Source of the DNA: Selaginella moellendorffii
Lineage: Eukaryota > Plantae > Lycopodiophyta
Assembly (NCBI RefSeq): GCF_000143415.4
Contig: NW_003314328.1
Span: 523,889-587,888, forward strand
Direction of reading: 5' to 3'
Length of the DNA stretch: 64,000 bases
The notes beneath the pieces are model-generated. The model did not search any database, was not told the DNA's origin, and was given only the letters and a program-made list of their open reading frames with translations. Position numbers and translations under genes: made by a program. This document shows, piece after piece, positions 1 through 12,700 of this stretch (the first letter of the stretch is position 1; each line of letters begins with the position of its first letter).

Positions 1-1273
1 GAAGTTGCATATGTCTTTCTATTGGCCGGAGATGTGATTTGATATTATCCAGTATGTGCGTAGCTATGTTTGGTGTCAAGATTGTAATACTCCCCCTTGT
101 GCCACAAAAGGACGGTTGGAGTCAATTTTAGTTTCCCATCCATTTGAGTTGGTGGCGTTTGATTTTATAGGACTTTTTCCATGGTTGACTGCTGGCAATG
201 AGTATGTTATTATTGTTTCTAATTATATGACTCATTGGGTGGAAGTTGGTGCTCTTGCTAGCTTCTCTGCAACTGCTGTTAGATACTTTCTCCTCAATTA
301 AATGGTATTCCAACATTCTTGTCAAAAGTGAATTCTTTCTAATAATGGTCCCACATTTATGGCTAAGGCATTTCATGTTTTGACATCTCGGTTGGGGATA
401 CGTCACACTTTTATGAGTGCTTATCATCCACAATTAGACGGTCTAGTGGAACGGCTCATACGAACATTCAAAGGGATGATCGCGAAGTATGTGAACTTTC
501 AGCATTCGGATTAAGATGGTTATTTGCCATCTCTTCAATATGCATATATCACAGGGGTGTAGAGTTTTGTTAGTGCTTCACTATATAAACTCCTATATGG
601 TCATAATCCAATATTACTAATGGAGCTGGGTTTACCTTCGCAATTGTTACGAGCTGCTGATGCTAAGTCATGGGATTGGTATTTGACGAGCATTCTTCCA
701 CTTGTTCAAGCAAAATCTACTAAACACTTAGGTTACGTACAAGTGGGATAACAATAGCACTACAACTCCCATCATTATCCACCTATGGAGTATAAAGTGG
801 ATGACTTAGTGTTGGTCCATTTTCCCCATTTTACGATATATAGTTTTTTTAAATAGCTCCATGCTCAGTAGAAAAGACCATATCAAGTGTTGCAGCAAGT
901 TGGACCACAAGTTTATGAGGTTCAGCATGTCCAAAGATTATGCATGTGCAACAATTGAAACACTTCATATAAAAGGATTAAGAGCAGTTAATACCACCTA
1001 TAGATCTGCCAATGCCTCCTTTTAACATTCCTCTAGATCTCGGCCCATCTACAAGAGAACCCTGATGGTCTTCCATTATTCCGAGAGGAGGGGATGATGT
1101 GAGGGTCAAGTGTATGGCTATGATACCATATACTAATATTAGTGTAGTGAGATTTTGATAGTTGTCAAATTGGTTTCAATCTGGACCACTTGCTCCTATG
1201 TATAAACTAGGCTTTTTGGGCTAATTGATATACATATTTTCTATATTCCCTTCATATATTCCAAGCACTTACA
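1..1273 (+). mobile_element. 3' end of a decayed Ty3/gypsy LTR retrotransposon (integrase remnant, PPT, probable short 3' LTR 1098-1273)
   Basis: Integrase motifs CQDC, PFELVAFDFIG, SAYHPQLDGLVER and a GPY/F-like PYQVL, all interrupted by stops. Purine tract GAGAGGAGGGGATGA (1083-1097) is followed by TGT...TACA. Confidence 0.8.
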
Positions 1274-1289
1274 AAGTGATTTAACCAAT

Positions 1290-1555
1290 CCAAAATTTCA
1301 CCATGCACACAAAGTGTTAAAGCCAATCTACTTATATAGCCCAAATTAAAAGATCAATAGATGGACAATATCAAGGTAAAAAAAAAAATATTTTAGACAA
1401 AATTATCAGTAAATAAATCTTTCATTAGAATACAAAAGTATTCAAGTTATCATCTAGTAAATTAGGATTATAGAAACTATCAAGATTAACTATCATCAAT
1501 GAAACATAATGATAAAACTTAACCACCAAATATTATAAATAGTATGCCAAATAAC
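1290..1555 (-). mobile_element. Internal fragment of gypsy family 2 (same family as 46508-58635 and 60601-64000)
   Basis: ATTTCACCATGCACAC...AGTTATCATCT...GATAAAACTTAAC matches 61685-61910 directly and 56890-57025 in reverse complement. It abuts and truncates the LIN-like fragment. Confidence 0.65.
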
Positions 1556-2250
1556 TTATGATCATAACACTCACTTGCTCTTCTAGCATCTCAGACTCAA
1601 GGCATTGCAAGAGATACAGCACAGCCCCCTCAAACACCTTAACGATCACACAAAGATCAAAAGAGACAAAGAGAAAGATCACTGCTGCTCTTGGACCCCA
1701 GAGGGCCAGAGAGGTTCGACCCACCACCACCTGTTCCTGGAGGAGTTCCACGAGCGTGGGGACGAGCTGGAGAGCCTCGAGCTCTGGCAAATGGAGCTTG
1801 AGCAAGTAGAGAAGAACCACTGCCTGTGGAATCCTGCCTTGTTGGAGAATCTTGCTCACCCATCTGAGACCTGGGTCATAGTCTACTATCCCCCACCAAA
1901 CAGCCTCGTTGTTGTGGACGAACTCTGTCAGCAGGCACACCGCTGTTCTTTGCATTTGCAGGGACTTGGACATAACCATGAACTCCATCATGACATCGAT
2001 GACTACTTCAAGACGAGGACTGCCTTTGGTTTCCATCCAGACGCGGGCAATGACTGGAACAACTTGCTCGCAATCTTGGAGGTTCTCGACGGAACACAAC
2101 GTTGCAACGGCTTTCCTCAGATCCTCCATATTCTTCGGAGTGTCAGGCTTTATCAGTGTCTCAGCCAGGGTATCGTTTTGCACGAATTTTCCGTAGATGA
2201 GAAAGGCAAGGATTGGGTGCATGAAAGCAATACTTGTGTTAGCCACAAGG
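1556..2250 (-). pseudogene. Fragment of a LIN/CERBERUS-like U-box/ARM/WD40 E3 ubiquitin ligase (ARM region only), copy 1
   Basis: LRKAVATLCSVENLQDCEQVVPVIARVW...AVVLLYLLK...LVPTLVELL resembles the LIN ARM region (LCTSENLQECEAAVLxIARxW...AAxLIYQL...LIPSLV). In-frame deletions relative to copy 2, 3'-truncated by a TE fragment, no U-box or WD40 seen. Confidence 0.7.
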
Positions 2251-3104
2251 GACAGATGGGAAAGTAGAAGAAAAACTACTCACCTCACAGTCGAATAGGC
2301 TGGTGATCCATTGTCCTACAGAACCGTAACCAACAAAATGGACCGAAATGGTATGTATTGAGAAAAGAAAAATGCCAAGTTACCAAACATACCACGGACC
2401 GTTCATGTGATGGCACTCTCCAAGAGCCAAGTTCATTACCATTTGACATTGATGGCTTCTTTGTCTGAAAAGATAACGTTTATTCAGTAATAGTTACCTC
2501 CTTCGGTGTTGTTGGAGATTCCATAATATTTCCAATACTTGGGCAAACGTTTTCCTTTGCCTTCGTTTTGTTTCTACAAAAAGAAAAATGAACAAGAGAG
2601 ATCATGAAAAGTCTTACCGTTCAAACGGTGCCACCAAATTGCTCCTTGATAAAAACTCTCGCTGCACGTATTGAAGCCGAATTTGAGGAGTTTTCACGGA
2701 CGGAAACTTCAAGGTGCCGCCTTTGCGGTGTCGAGAAATCTCATACTGATAAAAACCTGCAAAAGCCTTCATGTTCTCGTCCAGAGATTCCTGATAAAGG
2801 CTCCTGAGAACATGTAGTCTTTCCTCACGCTCAAGGCACAGTTGGTCCAGAGGTCCCGAGCAAGCACTAGATGATGCCAAAAACCTTTCAAGTCTGTATA
2901 CAGCGCCTCAATCGGATAAGACGACTTCCGTGGAGAAATCTTTCCGGACGAAGGCACCTTCTGCATCGACGGATTTCCGGTCTCCTTGCTATACCCCATC
3001 TTGGAAAACCGAGGAAGAAATACGCTTCACGCCATGAGACGCGCGATTGAGAGAAATTCAAAAGAGTTCATGTAGCCGCAAGCCCTAAATTTGAATTTAG
3101 GGTT

Positions 3105-4659
3105 CTAGCGGTGGGAGGCACAGACAATGCGGGGCGACGCGACCGCGGCGGCGCCCGCGCCCGCGAGCTCCGCCATCTCGATCGGTTTCCCAAGCGGCGA
3201 TCGCCAGCTCCAGCGATGCAAGAGGTAGGCGAGGGTGAGCGTGACATGGGGCATGGCCAGCGGGATCCCGACGCAGCGGCGCCGCCCGGACGAGAAGGGC
3301 AGGAGATCGAAGTCGTTTCCCAGCACGCTGTGGTCGCTGCCCAGGAATCGTTCCGGAAGAAAGAGCTCGGGGTCGCTCCAGATGCTTGGGTCGTGATGGA
3401 TTGCCCAGATGTTCACGAGGACTGTGGTGTGGGCGGGGATCGTGTAGCCGGCGAGAGTTAACTCGCGATCGTTGTAGTGGGGGAGGCCCAGCGGCGCGAT
3501 TGGACGCTTCCGGAAGACTTCCTTGACGATGGCTTGGATGTAAGGCAGGTCTTTTAGATGCGACTCCTCCAAGGGACGGTCTCTTCCCACGACTCTGTCC
3601 AGCTCCTCGTGAGCTTTCTCCTGGACTTTCGGGTTTACTATCAGCTCCGAGATGGCCCATTCGATCGTCCCCTTGGACGTTCCAGTGCCGGCCAGCAGCA
3701 GATCCTGCAAGCATACGTGAGAAAGAATGAAGAACAAGGTAAGTTTTTCTTTCTACCTGGAGCAGTGCGATGATCTGGTCGTTGCTCAGCTTGTCTTCTC
3801 CTCCCAGAGTCAGCATCACGTCGACGAAGTCCCGGGGATTTTCCGGATCGAAGTCTTTCGTGTGCTCCTCGATGACTGCTTCCAGAAAGCGAGATCTTGC
3901 TGGTAGGACTTCATTCTTGAGTCGGTTTTGCGTCCCTCTGAGCGTGTCCAGCCATCGCATCGCAGGGATGTAATCACCGGCAAACAGCCTCCTGGATTCT
4001 TTCGCTTGGATCGCCCACGACGCCTTGTAGGCTTCGGCCTCGGGAGTGAGCGGCGTGTCGGTGCCGTAGAATTTCCTCCCGAACAACACGCACGTCATGA
4101 GGTTGGTGAAGTACTCGTGCAGCATGGAGCTGAGATCAAACTCGTGCCCGTCTTTTGCAGACGCCTCGACGATCTCTCCAAACGCTCCCACCTCCCTCTT
4201 GCGAGTGCTGGCAAAGTGGCTCACCTTGGAGGCCGTGAAGAGCTCTGTGCCGCACACTCGCCGCAGCATCTTCCATCGTTCGCCGTGCGGTGCGAAGATA
4301 AGGTCCTGGAAGTTGTGGCTAAGGAGGCGACCGATGGTGGAGAACAGGGGCCTGCTCGCAAACTCGACGTCGTGCTCCTTGAGGACTTGCCTCGCCATCT
4401 CCGGGCTGCTGATGATGGTGTGAGGCCGGACTCCCAGCCGGAGAGACATAACAGGGCCATACTTTCGAGCCATCTCGGCTAGGGAGCGATGCCGATAGGG
4501 GCCGAGCGAGAAGAGAGAGCCAACGAGGGGCCATGAGAAAGGACCTGGTGGGAAGTTCTTCTTGCTCCTCGCGCTGGTGGAGTGGAAGATCTGGAAGAGG
4601 AGTAGCAGGGCGGCCAGTGACGAGCAAATCCAAGTCCCCAAGAGCAGCAGCGCATCCAT
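3105..4659 (-). CDS. Cytochrome P450, CYP71 clan (A-type), copy 1. Exon 1 4659-3757, intron 3756-3705 (52 bp), exon 2 3704-3105; 500 aa
   Basis: N-terminal membrane anchor, PPGP hinge, WxxxR (WKMLR), I-helix AGTGTS, ExxR (KEVFR), PERF and heme motif PFSSGRRRCVG. A phase-0 GT-AG intron at the conserved A-type position (IIALLQ|DLLLAG) restores the frame. Confidence 0.96.
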
Positions 4660-5189
4660 GATGTTGCCCGGGTAGAAAAAAGAGATTGGTGGAGCTTTAA
4701 GTACGTCGAAGTGATGGATCGAAGGCTCCGGAGGGCGTGTTCGTCGAAGCATTCATGCTCGCACAAACTTCGGTTTTCGTGGAGAAGACGAAAGCTCTTT
4801 TGTTTTTCTATGGCTGGCTATGATAATTTATTGTAATATAGAAGATATTCTGAGAATAACCTAAGATCGCTTTTAAACTAATGACAATTAGGGTTTATGT
4901 GCTTTATTCGTTTCCATGTGTTAGAGATTCACGAACGTTTTGTCTCCTCCGGAGATAGATGTGATCAAGGAACATCTATCCACACCAGGATTTCATGGAT
5001 GACATAGAGCACATTAAGGGCACTAGAGAGCTAGAGACACTGTTTAAAAGTAGTAGATACACTGACATGGCGCTTGAGACAAAGTTGAGTCTCTCCTTTT
5101 TCTTCTTCTTACTTTGGGATTTTGGTGATCTCATGGCGATTGTGCAGAGGTTGCACAAAGCAGGAGCTGGTGTGCCAGAGCACCACCCG

Positions 5190-5760
5190 GCATTCAGCCG
5201 AACCAGATAGCGAAGAGGAAGTCCACGTACGTGTGGGCGACCATATCTTGCCTGAATCAGACCGCACGACATGGGTGGCCAAGGATGCAGCCAAAGCAGT
5301 TGGTCCTCCAATTGAGCTCTTCAACCAGGTTGAGAATTCAGGAGGCTCTGGCTGCCAGTGGATCCAAGATTAGGATCCGGTTTACAGCTGTTTAACTGGA
5401 GAAACTACCCAATCGTGCTCATGAGTTATATTGGTGAATTACTCCACGGCAAGATGCTTCTGATTCGAGATGGGAGCCAGGCTGCTGGAGATGGTGCAAG
5501 AGCTGCACAAGCAAGGGATAATCCATGGACTTCAGCCCCAGGAACATTTCTTACTGCAAGCAAGGCATTGGTTTTGGAGAGGTTCTACTGTCTGAATTGC
5601 CACATCTGTGTTGGACAACAATGGTAGCGGGGGAACCAGCCCTGTCAAGGACCTAGAGTTTGGCTCCATGAACTCAGTGTTCAATTGATCTTCAGCGGAA
5701 AGGTGGCAGGGATGGATTTGCCATGGTCAGGAGGAGGACAAGGACTCGGTGGTCTCAATG
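5190..5760 (+). pseudogene. Frameshifted protein kinase remnant, copy 1
   Basis: Across frames: PIVLMSYIGE (hinge-like), LLEMVQELHKQGIIH[x]DFSPRNI (catalytic loop), GGT, PVKDLE. Confidence 0.55.
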
Positions 5761-6289
5761 TATGGCATGTAATTTATAAATCACACGACATCTAACTGCG
5801 CGCCCCATGTTTCCAGCACTAAATATATGAGCTTTTTATATACATAGATGGCTCTTAGATGGGTTCGTAATGGAAACCATGAGTCATGCATGGTGCCAAC
5901 CTGAAGATGAGTCTTTGGTTAGGGTCAAGTCTCAAGGAATGTTGACTGTAGTGGCATCTTTGGATGTAGTAGTTACACTACATGGTGAGCTAATTTATAT
6001 CTTATCCCTGGTCATATGTCCTTAGTTAGGTTGAGTCCTAAAACTAGAGTATAAAGGTAGGGTGTTGACAAGTAAAGGAGATTCTAAGTAAGCTCAAATA
6101 ACTACATTATATATCTCTAACCCATGTTAGGTGAGGAGGCAAACAACAATTTGTCCTCCTTCAGTTTGCTTCCGAAAGTGGTTCTAGTATGGAAGAAGTG
6201 GTGGAGGACAATGTTTTGCCTGTAAGCAGAAATTTCATACTTATATCTGTAATTTCTTAATTTCTCATGCATTTGAGACTTCACTAGTC

Positions 6290-7250
6290 CAGACTCATTT
6301 GCCATCTGGTTACATCTCAAGATTCTTAAAACAAAAACTACAAGGTACCTAGCAAACTACTTCCAAATTACAAGGCCAACTTTGTGCAAATATATGTGCA
6401 TTGTCATTCTGAATTGGAGGGTGAAGGAGATATTGAGTCAGGTTCGGACTAATGTAGCTATAAATCATGCTGGCACAAACTGGGGTATTATCAACTCCTG
6501 GTTTAGTTGTTGAAATGCAGGATATAGATTTAGCTGATAGCAAGTTCACAAAGCATTGGCAATGCATGATCTAATAAAACAGAGGCACTTGTTTAAAATT
6601 CAACAACAAATTTACACTTACACGTTATGCTATATGGATTGTGAGTATATTTCATTGTATTTGTGAAGACTTAAACATTCACCAGGGTAACATATTGCAA
6701 GCTTATGGATTCATATTCATGCTTTGATATGTGGGGGGACTTATATAGTAACTTGTAAGCTATCAACCATAAAACAAACACATACAATTTTTAACACATA
6801 TGTATGGGTTGTATGCAGATTTGGCTGGCCTAAATGCATTAGGAGTGACAATGCTCCTGAACATAATATGGTAGAAAATGATATGGAATGTTCTTGGGGT
6901 CCTTAAAGCAAGAGTTTTATTCATGGGACATCAACAAGAAACTAGGTCTACATTTAATATTTTGTTGTGCATGTTCATCACCACCCTTGTAGCACATCAA
7001 GCACTTCTGGTGTGAATTATACAAGTTTGTGGTGTAGAGTCTATAGAGTATATTGGCATATTGGATGTTTCCAATGCATGACACAAGTACAGTCTGCAAT
7101 ATGTTTTTATGCCATATCTTGCCAAAGATATACCTCATTAGGTTGTTATTTGGAAGTTACACAAAATGCATCCATATCAGTGTGGTGGGTTCTTTAGGCC
7201 ATCTCACATATTAACAAACGTGTTCTAGCCCCTAGAGTGCAAGCTTGGGT
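6290..7250 (+). mobile_element. Decayed IS3EU-like (eukaryotic IS3/IS481-related, integrase-core) DDE transposase gene with a 47-bp intron (6946-6992), copy 1
   Basis: In order: HTH-like TRYLANYFQITRPTLCKYM; GYRFS..QVHKALAMHD; CKL..GF.IHALI.GGT; RFGWPKCIRSDNAPEHNMVENDME; SFIHGTSTRN(Q) | GT..AG | HIKHFWCELY (RIERFWRELY after C>T/G>A decay); EYIGILDVSNA.HKYSLQYVFMPYL; W.LH. Confidence 0.7.
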
Positions 7251-8520
7251 AAGCCTTTCCTTTGAAGATGATATGTATAAACTTTCACACCACTTGTAGA
7301 ATCATTTGGCATATCAATCTTCAAGGGACATAGAAGACATGATAGGTTTGATGCTTATGAATGTTGAAGGTGCAACACTCCCTTAGATATTACTTTCCTT
7401 TTTTCTATTACCTAAAGTATGTTTAATGTCTTAGGAACTCATTGCTGTGAGGAATTGGGCTCTTCTAATGCACTAGAAAGGTCTTAATCTTGATGAGCAA
7501 TATCTCCTACACTTGGATTTGTCTATTGAATGTGCAATAGCTAACGTTGAAGGTGTGGCTCTTCCAATTTATATTAATACTAGTCTTCCTTTTGCAACAC
7601 CAGTCAAGAAGTGGGAAAAAAAAATTCTTTCTCCCCTATTTGCCCTGCTTATGCAGGAAAAGCATAAATAAGGGTTGTTTGCTATGCTCTAACCACATGA
7701 GTGTGATTAATTATTAAGCCAAAAATATTTCATCTTTTTCTAGGGTTTGAACTATTGTGTGTTGTTTTTTTAAGGAACTAGAGCTTTGCTTTTACACTCT
7801 AGTCACAACACTCCATGGTAAGCCTTTTGCATTTCCTCTCATCTCCATGGCAAATCTTTTCTCTCTGTTTTTTTTTCCCCATAGGCAAGAAGTAAAGACC
7901 CAGCATAAATACATGAAGGTCAAGGTATTTCCCCCCAGAGTAGTGCTAGAAACAATGCTCTAGGTGATACTAAAGAGCCTCATGATCTTCCCTTTATGTC
8001 CAATTTGCAAACCACATATGTGGGCTTAGTTTCAATAGAGCATGCAAGGGTGCAACTTGTTAATGCACCACCTTGAGCAGTTAACAACCCTCCACCAAAT
8101 ATCTCCTTCCAATCAAACCATGAGTAGCTCTCCACTAGGATCTAGAAATCTACTCCAAGGCTTAGGTGCTCTACAAGCCTAAAGAGCCCAATTGATTGAT
8201 AGTGCTATTGATAGCACCCCAATGCAATTGCTTTAGATGCAATAAATACCACAATTGGTGGGTAGCACCCCAATGCAATCACTACAATTGCAACAAATAC
8301 TAACACTAACAAGTAGTATAAACTCCACTAAGTAGTAGTAGCTCCTCTATAATCTAAAGCTTGAGTCTGCCACCCAATTCATATTGAGGGGAGTCTAGAG
8401 TCATCACACCACCCCCACTACATTCTAGATGCTTTGTTCTACCTCCTTCCAATCTGGCTCAAGGGGAGGACTAACTCTCCATGGATTCAATCTATATTCT
8501 TCCTCGAAGAGAGCTAGTAC

Positions 8521-8748
8521 TATAAGTGCTTTCCAAATATTTTTAATTTTAGTTCTCAATTACATCACCCCACCCTTAAATCGTCCATTTGGATCTTTAT
8601 TCTCAACTTCTTCCCAAAGCTTGCCAATTGAATCACTAGTGCAATATGTTATTGTTTGCTCAATAATATATAACCAACAATATTTTATTTTTTTATGTCC
8701 ATAATTGTTGTCTCCTTTAGTTGCCACTATCTAGACATGCTAACAACA
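8521..8748. mobile_element. Small insertion, probable decayed solo LTR (228 bp)
   Basis: Absent from the duplicated copy (near 26425). Flanked by the imperfect 5-bp duplication AGTAC/ACTAC. Termini TATAAG...AACA. Confidence 0.4.
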
Positions 8749-9788
8749 ACTACTAGAGCCTCTCCTCTTGGTGTGGGAGGCCTAAACGCTAGTCCAAGGT
8801 GATAGGAGCTAATAGTGGTGAGAGCTCCTTAAGTGTGTTATAAATCTCATGGAGAAACAAATTGCTATTCCTGTAATTTATACTTTGTGCCTCTATAGGA
8901 AATAAAGGGAGCCAATAATGAAGATCCTACAATTTAAAGATGTCCTCTTGCAACTTCTAGAATGCATGCCATAGGAGGAATTTACCTCAAAGCTTGTTTT
9001 CAACTAAGCATTGTTTAATATACTATCTAAGAGCACCTTTCAACATTCTAATGCAAGTTTTTATTATTGGATCATTTGTTTGGTGATCAAGACAATCCAA
9101 TAGGCTGATCCCCCACCTACTTTGCAAGGGCTGAGATGAGTTCTAAGCCAATATTAATCACCACCACCAACTCCCATAAAACAACTATTGGCAATAGACA
9201 CAACTAAAACACTAGTAATGGAGAGGCAAGAGCCTCTTACTACTGACAATGATGTCAATGAGGAAGAGGAAGTTGATGAGGAAGAAAATGATAGGCCACA
9301 CAATGAGCAAGATGAAGTAGAGCCTTCTTTATCTTAAAAATTCCCATCTTAAGGAGCCGATACTAGTAAGTCTTTCTTTCCTTCCTCATGCAAGTCCTCA
9401 CCAAAGGCACCATCTACTCTTGCAATGCAGCCTATGGTAGTCTCAGATAGTGATGATGGTTTTGGGCCAGAAGATCCTATAGAGCCCACCAACTTTTAGT
9501 GACAAGGACTACTAAACACCACTCCCACTAGTAAAAATGGTCAACTCAATAACAACTCAAGTGTAAATGGTCTAGTTGTGAAGCACATGTTTAATGTATA
9601 TTATTATTGATTTGTGCAATTTTGAGTTGAAGCAAAGTGCATGGATAGATGCTGCCATGGCTTATAACCACACATTGGAGTTGGCCATGCAACCCAAGGC
9701 TATCAATAACATGGTTAATTTCCAAGAAATTGGAGCTATAGAGGATGTAATGTCAGTACTAAAGCTTGCAATAGTGAATGATCTTGAC

Positions 9789-12700
9789 CTAATGGCACCT
9801 TAATAATACACCTTTCAACTGGCTCACATAAAATATCGGATGAATTTTCACCCCAGCTAGCAGCCGGACCCGATAAGCTACTTTACCAATGTACTCCAAC
9901 ACTTCATATGGACCAACATATCGATGGGAAAGTTTGTCACTTTTCCCTGTCCGTAAAGGCACCAAGATGTTTTGCCACTCACTTGACGGAAAGATCACTT
10001 GCATGAAGATGAGATCACCTACTTTATATTCCCGGAATTGGCAATGCTCATTAGCAAACTTCTCTATTCTATCTTAAGTTGCTTGCAAATTCTATTTGCA
10101 CACCACCAAAATCTCATCAAGTTCTGTGGCCAAGTCAGTCGCCTCTGAATCAAGCTTGTCTTAAACATCCTTACTCAAATACAATCCTTGTTCAGGGATG
10201 CCTTCCAAACATAGCAAAGTAAGGACTTAGCTTTGTTCCACTGTGTTGGCTATTTTTGTAAGCAAATTGCACCAATGGAAAATATAGATCCCACTGTCTT
10301 TGCCTTTTACCAACGCTACAATGTAGTATATCCTCCACCACCTAATTCACATGCTCGATTTGCCCATTTGTCTAAGGATGATCTCCACTTGAGAGTTTCA
10401 AAGTCACTTGCATAGCTTTCATAAAGCTCATCCAAAATCCATTGGTGAACTTTCAATCTCGATCACTAATGATATCTTGTAGCAAACCAAAATCAGGAAA
10501 AACTTTTTCCAAATAGACTATAGTTAAGTCTGAGGCAGTGATAGTCTTTCAAAGAGCCAACAATTGCACATACTTCATCAATTGATCCACTATGACCCAT
10601 ACTTGCTCCTTTTGCTTTTATGTTCGCGGCAAATAAGTGATGAAGTGCATAGAGATACTATATCAACGGCTCTAAGGAATAGGTAAAGGTTAGTCCCCTC
10701 AACTTTTCCCATGGCACCTTAACCTGTTGATAGAGCTCACATGATTTACAATAATCGAGGATATCGATCTTCATATTCCTCCAATAAAAATTGTGCTTAA
10801 TCAACTCATATGTCTTCTTCCCCCCAAAATGACTAGTTTCTAGATGATCATGACAGTGGAATAAAATTTGAGTAATTAATATATCCACCCGTGGCAAATA
10901 TACATGGCCATTATAGAAGAGAATCCTATCCACTAATGAGAAAGGGGCTTCCATCTGATCTTGCAAAGAGGCCACATCAGCATCTTGAACTTGAGTACGC
11001 TCAACCAATTGCCCAAACTTGTTGACCACTTTACTCAAATGATGACAAAACTGTGTTTGTAACATCGTCACATGACAAACATGAAATAAAGCATTCGCCA
11101 CCACATTCAATTTTCCTAGACGAGGAAGAGGAAACTCCCCAAACTCCATGAGTTTGACCATCTAACGAACTTATTTAGTGTTCAACTCTTTCTGTGTGAA
11201 AAGATACACAAGTGGTTTGTGATTCGTTAACACCACAAACACTACACCATAAAGATAGTGCTGCCACATCTATAAAGCATGAACAATAGAGAGTAACTCT
11301 TGTTCATATATGGAATAATGTTGTTCTGCAGGATTCAAAATTCGACTCTTATATGCAATAAGCTGTCCCTTTTGCATGAGAACTCCTCCCAATGCATAAC
11401 CACTGGCATCACATCTCACCTCATAAAGTTTTGATGGATCAGAAATGTGAAGCATTGGAGCCTCGCTCAACAATCATTTCAGCACCACAAAACTCTCCTT
11501 TTATGGCTTCTTCCATTTGAATGGCACGTTCTTGTGCAACAACTGTGTCAAAGGAATAACCACCTCCGCAAACTTATGTTAGAAATGTCGGTAGTAACTA
11601 GCCATTCCAAGGAAATTGAGTAACTCAACCATTGTAGTTGGTGTAGGCTAGTTCTCCACCACAACCACCTTCCTTAGATCAGTCTTAACACCCTTAGATG
11701 TCACAATATGACTTAGATATTCCACCTTCGACTTTGCAAATTCATATTTGCTCTTCTTCATATAAAGTTTGTTATTACAGAGTAATGAAAGAACCTTGTG
11801 CAAATGCATCTTATGTTCTTCCATATTCTTGCTAAAAACAAGAATATTGTCCAAGAGAATCTCCACAGACTCATGAAGATAACACCTAAATACCTTCGTT
11901 ATCAACTGAGTAAATATGGCTAGTGCATTCGTCAAACCAAATGGTATAACTGTAAACTCAAAATGTCTAAAGCTTGTGTTGAATGCTATCTTGGAGATAG
12001 ATGCATCATCCATTGCAATCTGATGATATCCACTCCTCAGATCAATCTTGGTAAACACTCGTGCTTCACTAAGCTTGTTTAGGATATCATCCACACGCCC
12101 CTATTTTCTTGTTCAAGGCACAGTAGTCAATACACATCTGTATTGAATTGTCCTTCTTCTTCACAAGCAAGACTGGAACACCAAATAAAGACTTACTTGG
12201 TTAAATAAATCCAAACTCAAGTAACTCCTTGACTTCTCGTTGAACTTCTTGCTCCTTTGCATAACTTAACCGAAATGGATGCCAATAAATTGGCTATGTC
12301 CTTAGCTCCAATGTAATCCTATGCTCCACACCTTGTATTGGAGGCAACCTATGAAGAAGTTCAGATGGAAAAGCATCGGAAAACTCTTGGAGTACATCCT
12401 ATACTGTTGCTTCTCCCCCACATGTTCCTTGGCATAAACAGTAAGTAACTTGAAAATGTTTTTCCATTACAACAAACCCACTTCAAAGATATAGTGTAGA
12501 GCATAACAACTCCCTCTCCAAACCACACATCTTTAACACCACTGTATTCCAGTGAGACACGCTTAATACTCCATTTTATCTCCGGATCCACCTTCACCAA
12601 CCATGGCATCCCAAGAATGAGATTCACACGATAGATATCCGTGAGATAAAAAGTTTCTACAAGTGTGGTTTTGCCAACCAACACTTTCAACCCCTCTACA

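Noticed and set aside
2614-3040. Short GC-rich ORFs downstream of P450 copy 1
   Set aside because: All are under 90 aa with no motifs, and the frames are not conserved in the partial second copy.
3097-4752. Single 551-aa ORF as the P450 product
   Set aside because: It reads through the 52-bp intron into the wrong frame and lacks the heme motif. The spliced 500-aa model is correct.
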